NCBI GenBank assembly: GCA_008632985.1
Contig: QPGO01000037.1
Span: 372,001-436,000 of the forward strand
Source of the DNA: Psammoneis japonica
Taxonomy: Eukaryota
DNA length: 64,000 nucleotides
Reading direction: 5' to 3'
Within the stretch, counting starts at the first letter, position 1; the number at the start of each line of letters is the position of its first letter. The position numbers and the translations under genes are program-made. Of the stretch, positions 50,443 through 63,700 are shown piece after piece. Under the pieces are notes generated by a model. The model was not told where the DNA came from. It ran no database searches and was given only the letters and a program-made list of their open reading frames with translations.

Positions 50443-52329
50443 TTACACTTCCGCCACATCACTAGGAATGTAGGCGGCTTGATAGTCTCCAACGGAACTC
50501 TCGTTGGTGCCTCCCGCACTTGATGGCGCAGGCGTGCCTTCGTACAACGCTCTCCAATTTTGACCCTGATGAACCTCGTCTAGAATGAGACAAAAGCAAC
50601 ACACAAGACAATCCCGTTCCAGAACCGAGTTGGTTTGCAAATCTAACGAGCCATTGTGAGTCAGTAGCGAGAAGCAGAGCGAATCCTCGACGCCCACCTT
50701 GTTGACGAGCGCCATGGTTCGTTTTCCGACATCTACATACAAGACATTGGGTAGAGGTATTCTATGGAGCGAGCCCCTCATCATGGTCATGTTCACTCGA
50801 CCCGACGCTGGGTCTTTGATTTTTCGGAGTGATTCCGTCTGCCACGTGACGTAATTCCTGGCCATGTCGAGCTTGATCCACACTCGTTTCGGTAGGCTCT
50901 GGACTCCGTGCGCAACCATGCGAATGCCTCGGCCTTGCAAGCGTTGCATCGTTTCCCACACCATAGCGTCGGGTGGTACACGCGTACCGGTTGGATGCTT
51001 GGGTGATGTTGGAGTTGGAGGAGCACTGAGACTCTGTGTGGGTGTTGACGTTAATCTCGGTGGCGTTCGGGGTGGAGTTTCGTATGCGTCTCTGCTTTTT
51101 CTTGTAGGTGTGGAAACCCGGGGGCGTGTAGGTGTCGAATCTCTGCTTTTGCTTCTTGGTGGAGAACCCTTCTTGAGTGTACCAATGGCTGATCCGCCGC
51201 TAAAGTCCTCGGTGTACTGTTCGGCGGTGAGTCCACTGTCTTTGCTAAACTTGGACTCATTGGTAGAAACAGTTCCGCTGTCTCCACTCCGCCTGGATGG
51301 CCTTGACGAGTCAACGCTGCGTGCTGCTCGGATTCCACTCTCCCCAGTGCGTATGGACTCTCGAGAAACGTCGAGACTGCGCGAAGCAATGATTCCACTG
51401 TCATCTCGGCTTCTAATCGATGGCTTGGAAGTGTCGTCAACGCTGGCATCTCCTTCTTCGTCTATTTTCGTAGCTCTATATTGCCAGCTACCCTTGGAGA
51501 GTGCATTGGCGAGTGCATCAACGTTTTGTCGCACTTCGGTTGATCCACTAAGAATGCTGCGGCTGGCTCCAATTCCGCTGTCTTCTGCTCCACGGTATTC
51601 CGAAGTCGACGAGGTCACATCCGATTGCAACCCGATGGATGTCGATCTGGAGGACACTTCTGACCAACTGTATGCTTGTTTTCCCCGTGTTCTTGCATCC
51701 TTCAACTGCTGCAGCAACAATTGTCGTCTGACTTCGCGCTTCACTTTTTGTTCCTGCATGGTTCGCTCGGATCGTTGCAGCGGAACCGGTTCTAAACAAC
51801 TACTGCTACTACCCGCAGCGCTGCTTGCCATAAAGTCATACTCGTAATTTGGATCGCCACTCGATGCCACGGAAACCGCTTTTCGATGTATTGATTTTGC
51901 ATACCGTCTAGGATACGCCTTGAAGTAGTGTGCTTTGAATCCTTTTGGTAATATCAGGTAAACAACCCATAGAGCAACAGAAAGTGCCAGAACGGACGTG
52001 TAGTGCAGGTGAAGACTCGAAGCAAATTCGTGATAGGCATATGAAAGGCTGTAGCCGCTTCGCAGACCACTTGTACCACCAGAGGTTTCTGTTGATGACA
52101 CACTTGACGTTGCAGAAGATGTTGTTGTTGATGCAGTAGCCCCTCCCGAGTTGTTGTTGGTATCATGAGGAGGCAAAGGCGGTGGCCGCCTCGAGTTTTG
52201 CAGCGGTGAAAGCAAAATCAAGTCCCCATTGCCTCGTCCTGTTTCCTTCAAATACCGCACCATCTCTTCTGTTCGCACCTCTGGCGGTGTTTCGCCCGCT
52301 CGACGGCGGACAAGGCCGCGACGCGTCAT
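50443..52329 (-). CDS. Single-pass membrane protein with a Ser-rich linker and a C-terminal PH-like domain
   Basis: TM segment VLALSVALWVVYLIL, and a C-terminal RVWIKLD..VTW...VDVGKRT...CFSLLT..SLDLQTNSVLERD pattern resembling PLC-type PH domains. Confidence 0.75.
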   Translation of the reverse strand: MTRRGLVRRRAGETPPEVRTEEMVRYLKETGRGNGDLILLSPLQNSRRPPPLPPHDTNNNSGGATASTTTSSATSSVSSTETSGGTSGLRSGYSLSYAYHEFASSLHLHYTSVLALSVALWVVYLILPKGFKAHYFKAYPRRYAKSIHRKAVSVASSGDPNYEYDFMASSAAGSSSSCLEPVPLQRSERTMQEQKVKREVRRQLLLQQLKDARTRGKQAYSWSEVSSRSTSIGLQSDVTSSTSEYRGAEDSGIGASRSILSGSTEVRQNVDALANALSKGSWQYRATKIDEEGDASVDDTSKPSIRSRDDSGIIASRSLDVSRESIRTGESGIRAARSVDSSRPSRRSGDSGTVSTNESKFSKDSGLTAEQYTEDFSGGSAIGTLKKGSPPRSKSRDSTPTRPRVSTPTRKSRDAYETPPRTPPRLTSTPTQSLSAPPTPTSPKHPTGTRVPPDAMVWETMQRLQGRGIRMVAHGVQSLPKRVWIKLDMARNYVTWQTESLRKIKDPASGRVNMTMMRGSLHRIPLPNVLYVDVGKRTMALVNKVGVEDSLCFSLLTHNGSLDLQTNSVLERDCLVCCFCLILDEVHQGQNWRALYEGTPAPSSAGGTNESSVGDYQAAYIPSDVAEV

Positions 52330-53608
52330 GGTCGTGTGTGGTGTTCATGTGTCATGAGCGAAAAATTCATTACTTAGGGCTCGTTCGCCGATGAAAATAT
52401 ATATGTTATGAATATTTATTACGCTAAAAATTCCGCATTCATGGTATCATCTTTGTTCAGCGACGCAATACTGATAAAAAGCTACTCAAGACTCTGTATA
52501 CGTGATCGAATAAAATATTCTTTAATTTTTCCCGGAATGCTTTTAGTACCGGTATCAAACTTGGGTTGTCTTGCTACTGTAGCAGGTAGGTTCGTTCGTT
52601 ATCGTTCGGTTCGTACCGTACGATGTAGTTATCAAAAGTGGTGCTTGTCGGGGTGAGAAGACCTGAATGGTTGCCTTCAATTAACTAGGGGGTGCAACAC
52701 CGTACTAACACTTTATGAGCAGTATTCACAATCGGCAACAGGGTGACATCGCAATGCCGCTTTTGCGCGCGGTAGTGTATCTAGGAACTGCCGAGCATCA
52801 ATCAAGAAGTAGTGATGAGAGCAACACCAGTTGGAGTGGATGAGCAACCAGTAAACTACTTTATAACATACTATCATGACCTTTCAATCGACGGGTGGCT
52901 GTAAAGTTGTGTTCTCTAAGGATATTTATGGATTACTACAGGGAAGGTCACGAAGTCCATGCTGTTGAAACATAGTTCTTTTGTGCTTCTTGAAGATCAT
53001 CGCCGACCTTTCGACGAATGATGCAGAAGCAACTACCGAAACCACACCGAGTTATGGTCTAGCCTGCGTGAAAGTTACGGCTGTTGCGGAATGGGCTATA
53101 GTTGATGCTGAGGTCGTATAGCTATCTGTTTTCCCAAATAATGACAATCCCAAATTTTTAACAAAGCAACAACAGGAAGACTTTGGGAGATTTCTTTTTA
53201 CTCGATTGGCATTACTGTTGAACTGGTTCATCAATTTTTGTGTTACCCTTCCTTGCAGTCGGTCATTGTGGATAATACATGGGCTTTGTGCTGTTTCGTG
53301 TGCATTCATCTTGCTGCAATCGTAATGACTGCTTGAGCTTTTAGGGCCTCAAAACCAAGAACCGAACAATTCGCGGAAAAAGTGAATGCTAGTCATTCGG
53401 ACGCACGATTGGATAGCTGTAAATGTCATTTATACGTAGGAATCAGTATGAATGAATATGACAAATTGATTTTTCTAAACCTATACGCTACGAATAGTTA
53501 CATACTCCTGATAATTATTATGGCGGACAAAGCGCGCTGAGTGAGGCGAGGCCAACACAAATTGTGGAGAATTTTGCGGAAGACCGCCATTAGACTGGAA
53601 CGATTTGT

Positions 53609-55942
53609 ATGATGTACCATTTGGATGAGTTACCGTGCGTGACTAGAGCCTGCTTCTGTTGTAATGAAGAGATCGGTTGCGGCGTTTGCCGCTCCTTTCC
53701 TGTTTCTTCTGGCCCCGTCCTATCACGTAGATGCGATGGAGGTGAGTTCATTCTTGAGCGTTTCGTGACAACATGTTGCTCGGCTTCAGATTGTCCCTCA
53801 TCAAAGGCGACTCGTGCCTCACCGTTGTCATTGCTTGACGATCCTACAATGTTAAAGCTGGGTGCATGCTGTGACGTCTCGGGAGGATCATGCTCTATTA
53901 CCAATGTTGATCAATGCTCTTCCAAGGGTCACAGATTCGGCGGTGTTAACAGTGTTTGCGACTCTTGTCCTGCGCCATCTGGTATCCCATCGGCTATTTC
54001 GCACAGCCTGCAAATGAATAAAACTTCCGAAATTACCCAAATGATAAGAGCCCTTGATGGCAATGCTGGAGCATGCTGTGTCGTGGGACAAGGATGCACT
54101 TCTGCCTCTGAGCAGATTTGTGCGAGTCAATCAGGTTACTTCGTGGGCATTGGGACATCGTGCTCGATCGGAATCTGCCCATTGGAAGGCGGATGCTGCC
54201 TTCCAGATAATGGAGGATGCGTCATGAAAAAGAAGATAAGCTGCACGAGGCTTGGAGGTGTGTATCAGGGTCTCCTTTCTTCCTGCGACTCGCTGACGTG
54301 TCGAAGCGGTAGCGCTCCAACGCCAAAGCCCCCATCAACCCCGAGACCTACAGGAGCTTCTATCACACAGTCCCCAACTATTAGTCCGGCAACTCCGACT
54401 CCCGCTGTCTCGCTCGGGGCCTGTTGCTTAGCAAACACCGGGACTTGTGTCGAGGATGTTACTAAAGAAAATTGTGACAATGCTGGCGAATTCCAGGGTC
54501 CTAACAGTGTCTGCGAAGAAGATACTTGTAGAATGTCTCCTCCAGACCCAGATGTAGGGGCTTGTTGCGCCATGGACGGTAAATGTAGGTACCCGACTTG
54601 GTGGTTTGAATCCAAAATATTTTGGTCGACTCTAACCATTCCATTGTGATATCGTTCTTAGGCTCTGAGCTTGTCGCACAGGAATGTGCTTCTAGCTCTG
54701 GAAGATTTGAGGGTCCAGGCACCATGTGTCAATTGACTCAATGCTCAGCCACTCCAAATCCCACCCCAACTCCAGATCCCAAACGTGGTGCATGCTGCCT
54801 CGATGACGGACGGTGCCTCAACCTTCGACCAAACATTTGTAACAATAAATTGGGTGACTTTCATGGCAAAGGTACACAGTGCCTGCCCAACAAAGTATGT
54901 CCGCCTAAACGAGCACAACCGACACCAAGCCCAACCAAGCCCGCAAGTCCCAATGCTCTTGGAGCTTGCTGTTCACTTGATGAAGGAACTTGCAAGGTGG
55001 TAAAAAAGAAGTTCTGCGACAGAGGTCCTGGAAACTTCTTGGGCGAAGGCTTGACATGTTCAAGGGCGAATTGCCCTGTTATTGGTGGGTGTTGCCTTCC
55101 TGGAGGCAAATGCAAACACACCAAGAAAGCGTACTGTGTTACTGTCGGAGGAACCTTTCTTGGCTATGACACACGGTGTCAAAACTTTACGTGCTCAAGC
55201 AGTACCCCAAGTCCGACATCATCTTCACAGCAAAGGACATCGCCTCCGAGTCCTACAATTACATCGCCTCCAACGCGGTTTCCCACAATACCCGTCACGC
55301 CTTTTCCCACATCGGCTCCGACCAAACGTCCGACATCTCCTCCGCGAGTTGACGACAATCCCGGTGCTTGTTGCCTTGCCAAGGACAAACTCTGCATTAT
55401 TGCTAGGGAGCAAAGCTGCACCAGACAAGGAGGCAGGTTTGGGGGTTCAGGTAGTGTTTGCTACAGAAACTTGTGTCCAGAAGCCTACGGCGCGTGTTGC
55501 CTAGAGAACAAGAAATGGTAAGTTCTCTTGCCTCGAGACTTTGCTTACGCAACTTTCGCTTCCTCACAATTGCGTTTGTGTGATGCATTTCATTATTAGT
55601 ATTGTAACGAGAGAAAAATCATGTAATGCGAAGGGAGGTGGTTTTGCCGGTTTGGGTACCGAGTGCCGATTCAACACCTGCCCTCTCGATGACCCAACTA
55701 GACCAGGGGCGTGTTGCTTCCCAAGGAAATGCGAAACCTTTGATCGTACAAGATGTGCCATTAAGGGAGGAATATTTGGAGGTCCAGGTACAAATTGTGA
55801 CACTGATACTTGCCCAGGTGCGTACGGAGCATGCTGCGTGCCATCCGGCGAATGCCAGATATCACAGATCCCCTTTTGTGATGGTCAAGCCGGTAGATTC
55901 TTTGGCTTGGAATCAAAATGCGAGGACGTCTATTGCCGATGA
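53609..55942 (+). CDS. Extracellular-type protein with about 12 GACC Cys-repeats and PT/PS linkers; introns 54585-54661 and about 55518-55599; 5' end unresolved
   Basis: Repeat G[A/G]CC-x4-6-C-x7-C-x3-GGxFxGxGTxC-x4-C, with frames joined by GT-AG introns. Confidence 0.85.
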
Positions 55943-56181
55943 TAACAGCCTTAGAAGCCGATAATACCGCAATCTGCGGCGAAGATTATATTGAGTTATT
56001 CTGTACACATACCACGATATCTTAGAAAAGACAGCCTGCAACAGTTTTGCTGCTCAACATCAATACCCGTAACCCGTTTTAAAACATTACATATTGACAC
56101 GAGAGAAAATAGACACTAGAAGGCAAGACAGTACTTTTTTTTGATACGGTTGTTGTTCACACGCATCCAAAATAGGGGAAA

Positions 56182-59002
56182 TCAGCTGTCTTCTCGTAAC
56201 CGCTCTATGAGAACAGATTTGTTCCCGCTGACCTTCAGTCCCCTGTTCCTCAGCTCGTCCTTGAGTTGTATCACAGTCATGCTTTCGAAGTCGTCTTCGG
56301 CTTCTTCTGCGCCATCGTCTGTTTCGATTCCGGCTTCATACATTTTTACGGCCTCGCGGGCGGCTCTCCCTAGAGCTTCCAGGTCGGGTTCCTCCACATC
56401 AAGCATTGCTTCCTCTTCGCCATCCCCCTCTTCCTCGTCTTCCGCGAGATCATCTGTTTCTCCTCCTGCTTCGAACATTTCTACGGCCTCGCGGGCGGCT
56501 CTCCCAAGAGCTTCCAGGTCGGGTTCCTCCATATCAAATATAGCTTCCTCTTCGTCACCCCCCTCTTCCTTTTCTTCTGCGAAATCCTCTGATTCTCCAC
56601 CAGCTTCGAACCTTTCTACGGCCTCGCGGGCGGCTCTCCCAAGAGCTTTCAGGTCGGGTTCCTCCATATCAAATATAGCTTCCTCTTCACCCCCCTCTTC
56701 CTCTTCTTCTGCGAAATCCGCTGATTCTCCTCCAGTTTCGAACATTTCTACGGCTTCGCGGGCGGCTCTCCCAAGAGCTTCCAGGTCGGGTTCCTCCATG
56801 TCAAATATAGCTTCCTCTCCGTCACCCCCCTCTTTCTCTTCTTCTGCGAAATCCTCTGATTCTCCTCCAGCCTCGAAACTTTCTACAGCCTCGCTAGCTG
56901 CTCTCCTGTCTTCATCCCCCGGCCACGTCCAGCCATCGTCTTCTTCTTCGTCCTTCAATTGGGCCGCTTCGTAGTTCTCCAGGGTCTCGACAAGTTGCGC
57001 TTTCCGTCCCGAAACTGGCAAACCCCTACTCTTTAGCTCTACTCTCAACTTTGCAACGGTCAACTTGGACCAATCAGTAAGTTCTACTTCGTCGTCGTCG
57101 TCCGCAGAGCCAACCATCTCATCTGCCCATGCCTGTCTTTGCTCCTGTTTTTGAACATCAGCCACTGATACACCTGCCTCGTAAACTTCCACAGCCTCTC
57201 GTGCGAGTCTTCCCATCTCCTCCATATCAACATCTTCGTCATCTCCGGCAACATCCTCGCCCTCGGCGAGCTCCTTGGCCAAACTTTGAGCAGCATCCCA
57301 ATCGGCTTTCTCCTCGGGCTCAAAGACTGCTTCATCGATTCCTACAATCTTACCATCCTCTAAATCTTGAGCCAGACGAATGGCTTCTTCCCAGTCCTCC
57401 TCTTTTTCATCAGCACTAGCTTCTTCCGCTTGGCGCGCCTCTTCTGCCAGCCTGTCTTCTTCTTTTTGCTGCGCTTCCTCTGCGAGCCTTTCTTCTTCAG
57501 CTAGACGCGCCTCTTCTGCTCTCCGTTCTTCCTCCTCAATACGAGCTTCCTCTGCTAAAAGAGCCTCTTCAGCAAGTCGCTCTTCTTCAGCTAGGCGCGC
57601 TTCTTCCGACAGACGCGCTTCTTCTGCAAGACGCTTTTCCTCGGCTATCCGAGCCTCTTCCGCTAGTCGCGCTTCTTCTGCGATACGAGCCTCTTCTGCT
57701 AGGCGTTCTTCTTCGGCGACCCGAGCTTCCTCCGCCAGACGTTCTTCTTCCGCAACACGAGCTTCTTCAGCAACGCGGGCTTCTTCCGCTAGACGCGCTT
57801 CTTCTGCAAGACGCTTTTCCTCGGCAATCCGAGCCTCCTCTGCTAGACGTTCTTCTTCGGCGACCCGAGCTTCCTCCGCCAGACGTTGTTCTTCTGCGAT
57901 ACGAGCCTCCTCTGCCAGACGTTCTTCTTCGGCGACCCGAGCTTCCTCCGCAAGGCGCGCTTCTTCTGCTAGACGAGCTTCTTCTGCTTTCTCTGCAGCA
58001 ACTCGTTTTTCCTTTGCCAGCAGAGCCTCCTCCGCAGCCGCAAGCTGATCTAACTGTCTTTCCGTGGCTTCTACTACAGCATCAACATCATCGCGCACGT
58101 TCTGATAATCCAAATCAATAAAGTTCTCTTCTGAACCCATCTTTATCGCTTCGACAGTGGTCGAGACAAAACCTTTGGTTGCGGCACCAATCTTGGTACC
58201 CGCATCTGTATCTTTGTAAACACCCATGGCTTTTTGAGAAACTTTTGAAACGACATCTCCAACTGCTCGGAGAGCATCGCCGCCCACTCCGGGGGAGATT
58301 GCGACAAACGCGGCAAGCACACCGGCGGCGGCCACTAGGCTCAAGTCTAGTCCAGATGATAAGGCCAGTACGGCAGCCGTCAACACAGCTCCACTAATGA
58401 CATCGCCAGGAACTTCTTTTTCAATTTCTGGACTCAAGAGGGGATCCTAATGCCGATTGAAAAAAGATGTTAGCCGAAACAACACATAAATATACGCGAG
58501 ATAGAATACGAGGATGAACTCACCACCACTACTTCCTTTACGGATTCAACCACCTTGGCAATCTTTTCTTTTGATTCTTTATTAATCACAGGCTGCGCAA
58601 GAACCGGCGTTGCTTTCTCCTCTGGAGGCGAAGGCTCTTCATCCACTGTTGACAGAGAGGCTTCCTCGTCCTCTTCTTCTGATTCAGGAATAGACAAGGC
58701 ATCGACAAAGAAAGGCTGGTTAATATCTCTTGGTGGGGGCTTTTCAGGTGGATGAGGCCACAGTTTTACCTCACCGCCAATTCCCAAAGCATTCCTTAGC
58801 CTCTCGGTAGCTTCATCGTTTTCTTGAGCAAAAGAAATAATTCCAGTGTTTCGACCACCGAAGAAAAATGTCTTCTTCTCGGTAATAAAATATTTGAATA
58901 ACGAATTGATCTCTTCTGCTTCGAACTAGAAAAGGGAGATAATGCCACTACACACGCCAAGGAGGACCAAGCCACAACAAAAGGGGTAGGTAAAAGCCTC
59001 AT
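56182..59002 (-). CDS. Acidic repeat protein with two SAP domains, EEARLA/EEERLA repeats and a signal-like N-terminus
   Basis: SAP motifs WSKLTVAKLRVELKSRGLPVSGRKAQLVETL and FESMTVIQLKDELRNRGLKVSGNKSVLIERL. 18-bp repeats at about 57420-57990, repeats of about 120 bp at about 56340-56890, an intron near 58450-58520 and a frameshifted 5' part. Confidence 0.8.
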
Positions 59003-59283
59003 GGTGGCTTGCCTTTTGCATGTGCCAACGGTGTCGCAGTTTGGCGATGGCCAATTTGATCGTTTCATTTTGGGTGTCAGATTGAGCCTGCGTAGAAATC
59101 TGGTACTGACTCACGTAGAGCGCAACGGGAAGATCTCCGACGACGAGCAAACTTCAACTGAAAATCAAAAAATGAGCTTGACGTCATTATGGCGTCATCA
59201 CGTTTTGGTCGATTGAATCAAAAATCACTGCCGATCTGAGTTGGAACGGGTTCTTCAACAAAAAAATGTTGCAACTAACGACC

Positions 59284-60672
59284 ATGGCGTTCCGGCTTCT
59301 CCTTCTCGTGCTCCTTTGTTGTTTGGTGAGATGGTCCTTTTGCTTCTGTCCGCAGCTATCAAAATCACAGAGTACTGTATCAAGATCTTTTCGCAGACGT
59401 CTATCTTCCACGCAGTTCTCGGGGTCACATTTCAGAGCTCCAAGATCGTTTCAGAGGCGCTTTTCCTCCTTGAACAGCGCTGTCGTCCCAGTACAACAGA
59501 AGAGTCCACCGCAGCTCAATGGCATCGTCAACGACGAAAGCAAATGTTGGAGAAATATGGGGATAGAATCGCGCCATTGGAGAAAAAATCAAGCAGTCAG
59601 AACTTGGCGCTCCCTCTCCTGATACTGTCCAACCTGGCGCTGTTGCTAATCTCTGTATTGAGCACAAGATTAACCCCGATGCAGGTGGTACTCATGGCTA
59701 TTTTCCCGGGGTCCATGTTTTCCTTGTGGCAGCTCCAGATATTGCATGACTGTTTGCATGGGTCCCTCTTGAAAAAGGGGGCGACTCAGTTTTTGGGCTC
59801 GAGTCGAAAAGACGTTCAGAATGCAATTCTCTTTTGGGGTTCCATGCCATCGGCATTCGGGTACTATCTCTATCTGAAATTTGGTCATTTAACCCATCAT
59901 CGTAATGTGGGTGACGCAAAACAAGCTACTTTGGAAAAACTGTTTGACTCGGACCAAATCGATTTTGAGGATGGAGATGTATTGTTTGTTGCGCATCGAA
60001 TGAAACTAAAAGGAGAGGTTGGACCCAAATTCAAGATACGTCTGCCCTTTGCCAAGGCGGCAAACGAAATCAAAATGTCCATTAGCAAAACGGGTTTCAA
60101 CTCGTGGCGTGTGGGGAAACCAATACGAAACACACTGGCATTTGCTACATCGTTCATGTACGAAAGAGCCATGCTCATGGTGAATGATGTTGTGGTGGCA
60201 CTCTCTGGAACAAACTTTTTCTTCCCAAACAAGCCACGGGAATTCCATAATGCGTGTGCATTGTATTGTCGATGCGCCCTCTTGGTTCGTGCCGCACTAT
60301 GGGCTGTTGCAGGGTGGAAGTCTCTCCTGTTTTTGTACCTGTCCGAGACGCTGTGGTCCATTCCTCCGCATCCGGCTTGCGCCATGTTTGTAACGAACCA
60401 TGGGTCGACTGTAGATGAAACAACAGGAGCATGTATCCCGTCGTCGTCGACTTATGCCGGTCGTTGGTACTCTATCTTCACGCTCGGACAAACTACCACT
60501 GTGAACATCACGACTTTCCAACAATACCATTGCATCGACTTGGAGAATTGCGGAGAATCGCACCAGAATTCTACCGTCAAGGTAACACGACAATGTGTTT
60601 CGAATCATGAAGGGAGCTTTTGACGATCCTGATTTCTATGCTTGTCTCGATGCGGGTATTGCTCTAGACTGA
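59284..60672 (+). CDS. Membrane desaturase of the sphingolipid delta-4 (DES1)-like family; frameshifts
   Basis: His boxes HDCLH, HLTHH and, after a frameshift near 60490, NYHCEHHDFP. Confidence 0.85.
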
Positions 60673-60757
60673 GGTGGCGTTAAATGGCGCGCTTGTACAA
60701 ACAAGGGGTATGCTTTAGACTAAAATAACGGTATCCTCTATAGAGAGAGAGAGGCTG

Positions 60758-63700
60758 TTAGCTGACTCTCACATAGCTACCATGCTGCTTCAGTGCTCTT
60801 TGTTCTGCTTCTCGAATGGCGCGGTCGACCGCGTCCTGTCCGGCACTTTGCTGCAACGCGGCCAGCAAACTTGCCTTTTCTAAATCCAGTTGTGCCAGCA
60901 GAGCAAGCAACTGATCTTGCTCGGTAAGCAATTCCGAATACATGGCTCGTTCCTCCTGAATCGCCATCTTTTGTTTCTGAACAAAATCGTAGGCCTCGAT
61001 AGCCAAATTAGTCTCTTTGTGTTCAGACTGGTCGCCGTCACTGACAAAGACCCATGAGTCTGGGCTTCGCGGGTATGCAGATTGAGCAGATTCTGCTTGA
61101 AGGCGGGCGATTTCAATCTTGACCTCGGCGTCGAAGTAACCACTGCGTTCGACTTGGTGCGCCTTTGCCTGTGCTTTTCTACATTTGTCCGTGAGCTCGG
61201 AGATAGCAGTCTTTGCGTCACCTTCGGATTTTTCGAGACGAATTTGAAGAGAAGAGTTCTCGCTCTTTAGCTTCTGTGTCTCTTCCCACAAAGTCGACAG
61301 CTCGCTGCGAAGCTTCTCTACAGTCGCGTAATTATCACCCGCCTCCTCGGATTCAGCGTTCTCCTCTTTCCTGTTGGCTTCCGTTCCATTACTTCTCAGC
61401 TCATTCAATTGCATCTGCAGGTCTTCCACGGATGCTTCTGCAGCTGCTCGTAGCTCCCGCTCTAGGATGACGTCCGCTTCCACTAACGAGGAATGCGCAG
61501 TCACAGATTCCCGGATATTGCGTTCGGTTTTCACTGCTTCGTGAACTGCCGCTGATAGTAGCTGCGCTTTCTCAACACGCAGCATCACCAATTCCGATGC
61601 AGGCGACATGTTTTCATTGCTAGTCTGCGCTTTCTTGATTGAATTGGTGAGCGACTCATTCTTTTTCTCACTGTCTTTGAGAAGCTGCAGAGAGCGGTCA
61701 CGCTCTATGCTAACGTGCGTCAGATCATTCCGAAGATTTTCCATTTCATCGGAGTGAAAGCGCTTGAGGAGCTCTCTATCTTCTTCGAGTGCGGCAATAC
61801 GATGTTCCATGGATTCCCTACCGGCAGACTCTGCCTCTCGGAGCTCGTCCATAGTCTGCGTCAAGAAAGCTAGGTCGGACTTTGCAGCTATGATTTCTTG
61901 CTCGCAAACAGAAGCTTGCATTCTTGAGGCAGATGCTCTTTCCTCCGCGTCCTTTTCTTTCTCTCTGGCGGCTGCAAGCTCATTCAAAGCCTTTTCGAGG
62001 GATTTTCGAAGATCTTTCATCTCCTGGCGCTCTTTTCGTCTAACTTTGTCTGCCACTTTAAATGTGACCCGTTTCATATCCCCGCCTCCGTCCGCGCTTT
62101 CTCCTTGCATTTCAAGCATAACGACAAGGTCTGCTTTCAGGCGATTGACCTCTTTTTCAGCAGCTTCTCGCGCAATCTTCTCGGCAGTGAATGCCTCACG
62201 GTCGGCCTCGACTTGTGACCTCATCTCATCGATCTGGTCACGGAGAGCCAAAGTCGCCATCTCCGCCGCTTTCTCCGATACTTCATCGGTCACCATGGAC
62301 TGCAACATTCCGTTCGCTTCCTTCAATTCTACCTCGAGTTCTCCTGCGAGATTCCTTAACGATATCTCCTGTTGCTCGAAGATCTTTCGTTCTTGCTCCC
62401 ATCTGCGTTCTTGCTCGCCCAGCTGGAGTCGAATTGCTTCGAGAGCGTCTTCGGCGTCGGACTTCGCAAATAAGGCACTTTGGAGATCAGCGTTGAGTTG
62501 GGAGCTATCCACCAAGTTCTCTTGGTTCAACCGAAGATTCCTTTCCAGCGTTTCAATGTGCTCCGCTTGAGAAGCGAGGCGAGATTCAGCTTCTGCTTTG
62601 GCAGCTTTCTCCGACGTCAGTTCTGACTTCAACACCTTGATACGTTGATCGACAACGTTTTTGGCGTGCTCCCTTTCTTCTGAGATACTGCTGTGTAAAT
62701 CCTCACACTGTTGACGCGCCTCGTCCAATTCAGCTTGGATCGATGAGACAGTTCGTCTTGAATCTTCGATATCCGACTGCAACTCCGCAATGCGAGAACT
62801 CGCGGAGGCCTTTTCGGCTTCTATTCGTCGCGTTTGACTCGCCATGATTCACGTTCCTTTTCGAGGCTGTCTGCCGAAAGCGCAGCCATTGCTTGGCTAT
62901 CTTCAAGTTCAGCCATGATTGATGTAAGAGCATCTGCAGTGTTTACTTCCATATCGTTCTCCAATCTCGCCGCTCTCTCTTCCAAGGAAGAACAGCGTGA
63001 TTCCCACTGCGAGATGGCCTCTGTTGCTTCCATCTCTTGCTGTCCAAGCTGCTCCTCGAGATCCTCGGAGCGCTCTTCCGTTCAAGTGTTTGTTTTAAGT
63101 TGTCGTGCAAGAAAAATGATGTGAGTGAACTACGCACAAATTTCAACAATACACCATTGCGCTTCACAGACTTACTCTTCCACTGATTGACCACGTCCTC
63201 AGATTGCCGTTGGATTTCAATTAGATCTGCGTTGATCGTTTCGAGCTCGTCCTCGGCTGAAGATCGAGCAACGCTCTGTTCCTTAAGCTGGCGTTGCAAC
63301 GACCCCTTCTCCTCCTCGGACGAGAGCAGCAGAGACTCTTTCGCGTCAAGCGCCGACTGCAATACTAGTAACTTACTCCGTTTCTCTTCGACTTCGTCTT
63401 TGATCTCGTTGAGTTCCTTTAAGACGTTGCCACCTTCTTCAGACATCGATTCCATCTCATTTTCCAGCTTCTCGCATCGCTCAGAGAGTTGATTACACCG
63501 TTCCTCCCATTGAGCAATAGCCACTATGCTCTCATTTTGCTGTTGTTCTAGCGACTTCGCTAGATCCGTAGCAGTGGTCTCAAGATCACTGGCTCGTTCT
63601 GGAATGTTGCAGAACACAGCGAAAAAATGTTACACAGCGCGAGCAGAAAATAACAATAGTGCTACTGTAGAATCCAATACTTACCTTGCCACTGGCGAAT

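Noticed and set aside
56141..58048. Long Ser/Ala/Arg-rich plus-strand ORFs (also 50864-51847 and 61764-62570)
   Set aside because: They are antisense shadows of repetitive or coiled-coil minus-strand genes.
21472..62850. Frameshifts in the prenyl synthase, APE1-like, cupredoxin, SAP, desaturase and coiled-coil genes as pseudogenisation or programmed frameshifting
   Set aside because: They are scattered single-base losses, often at short homopolymers, in otherwise conserved genes. This is most simply explained by long-read consensus error.
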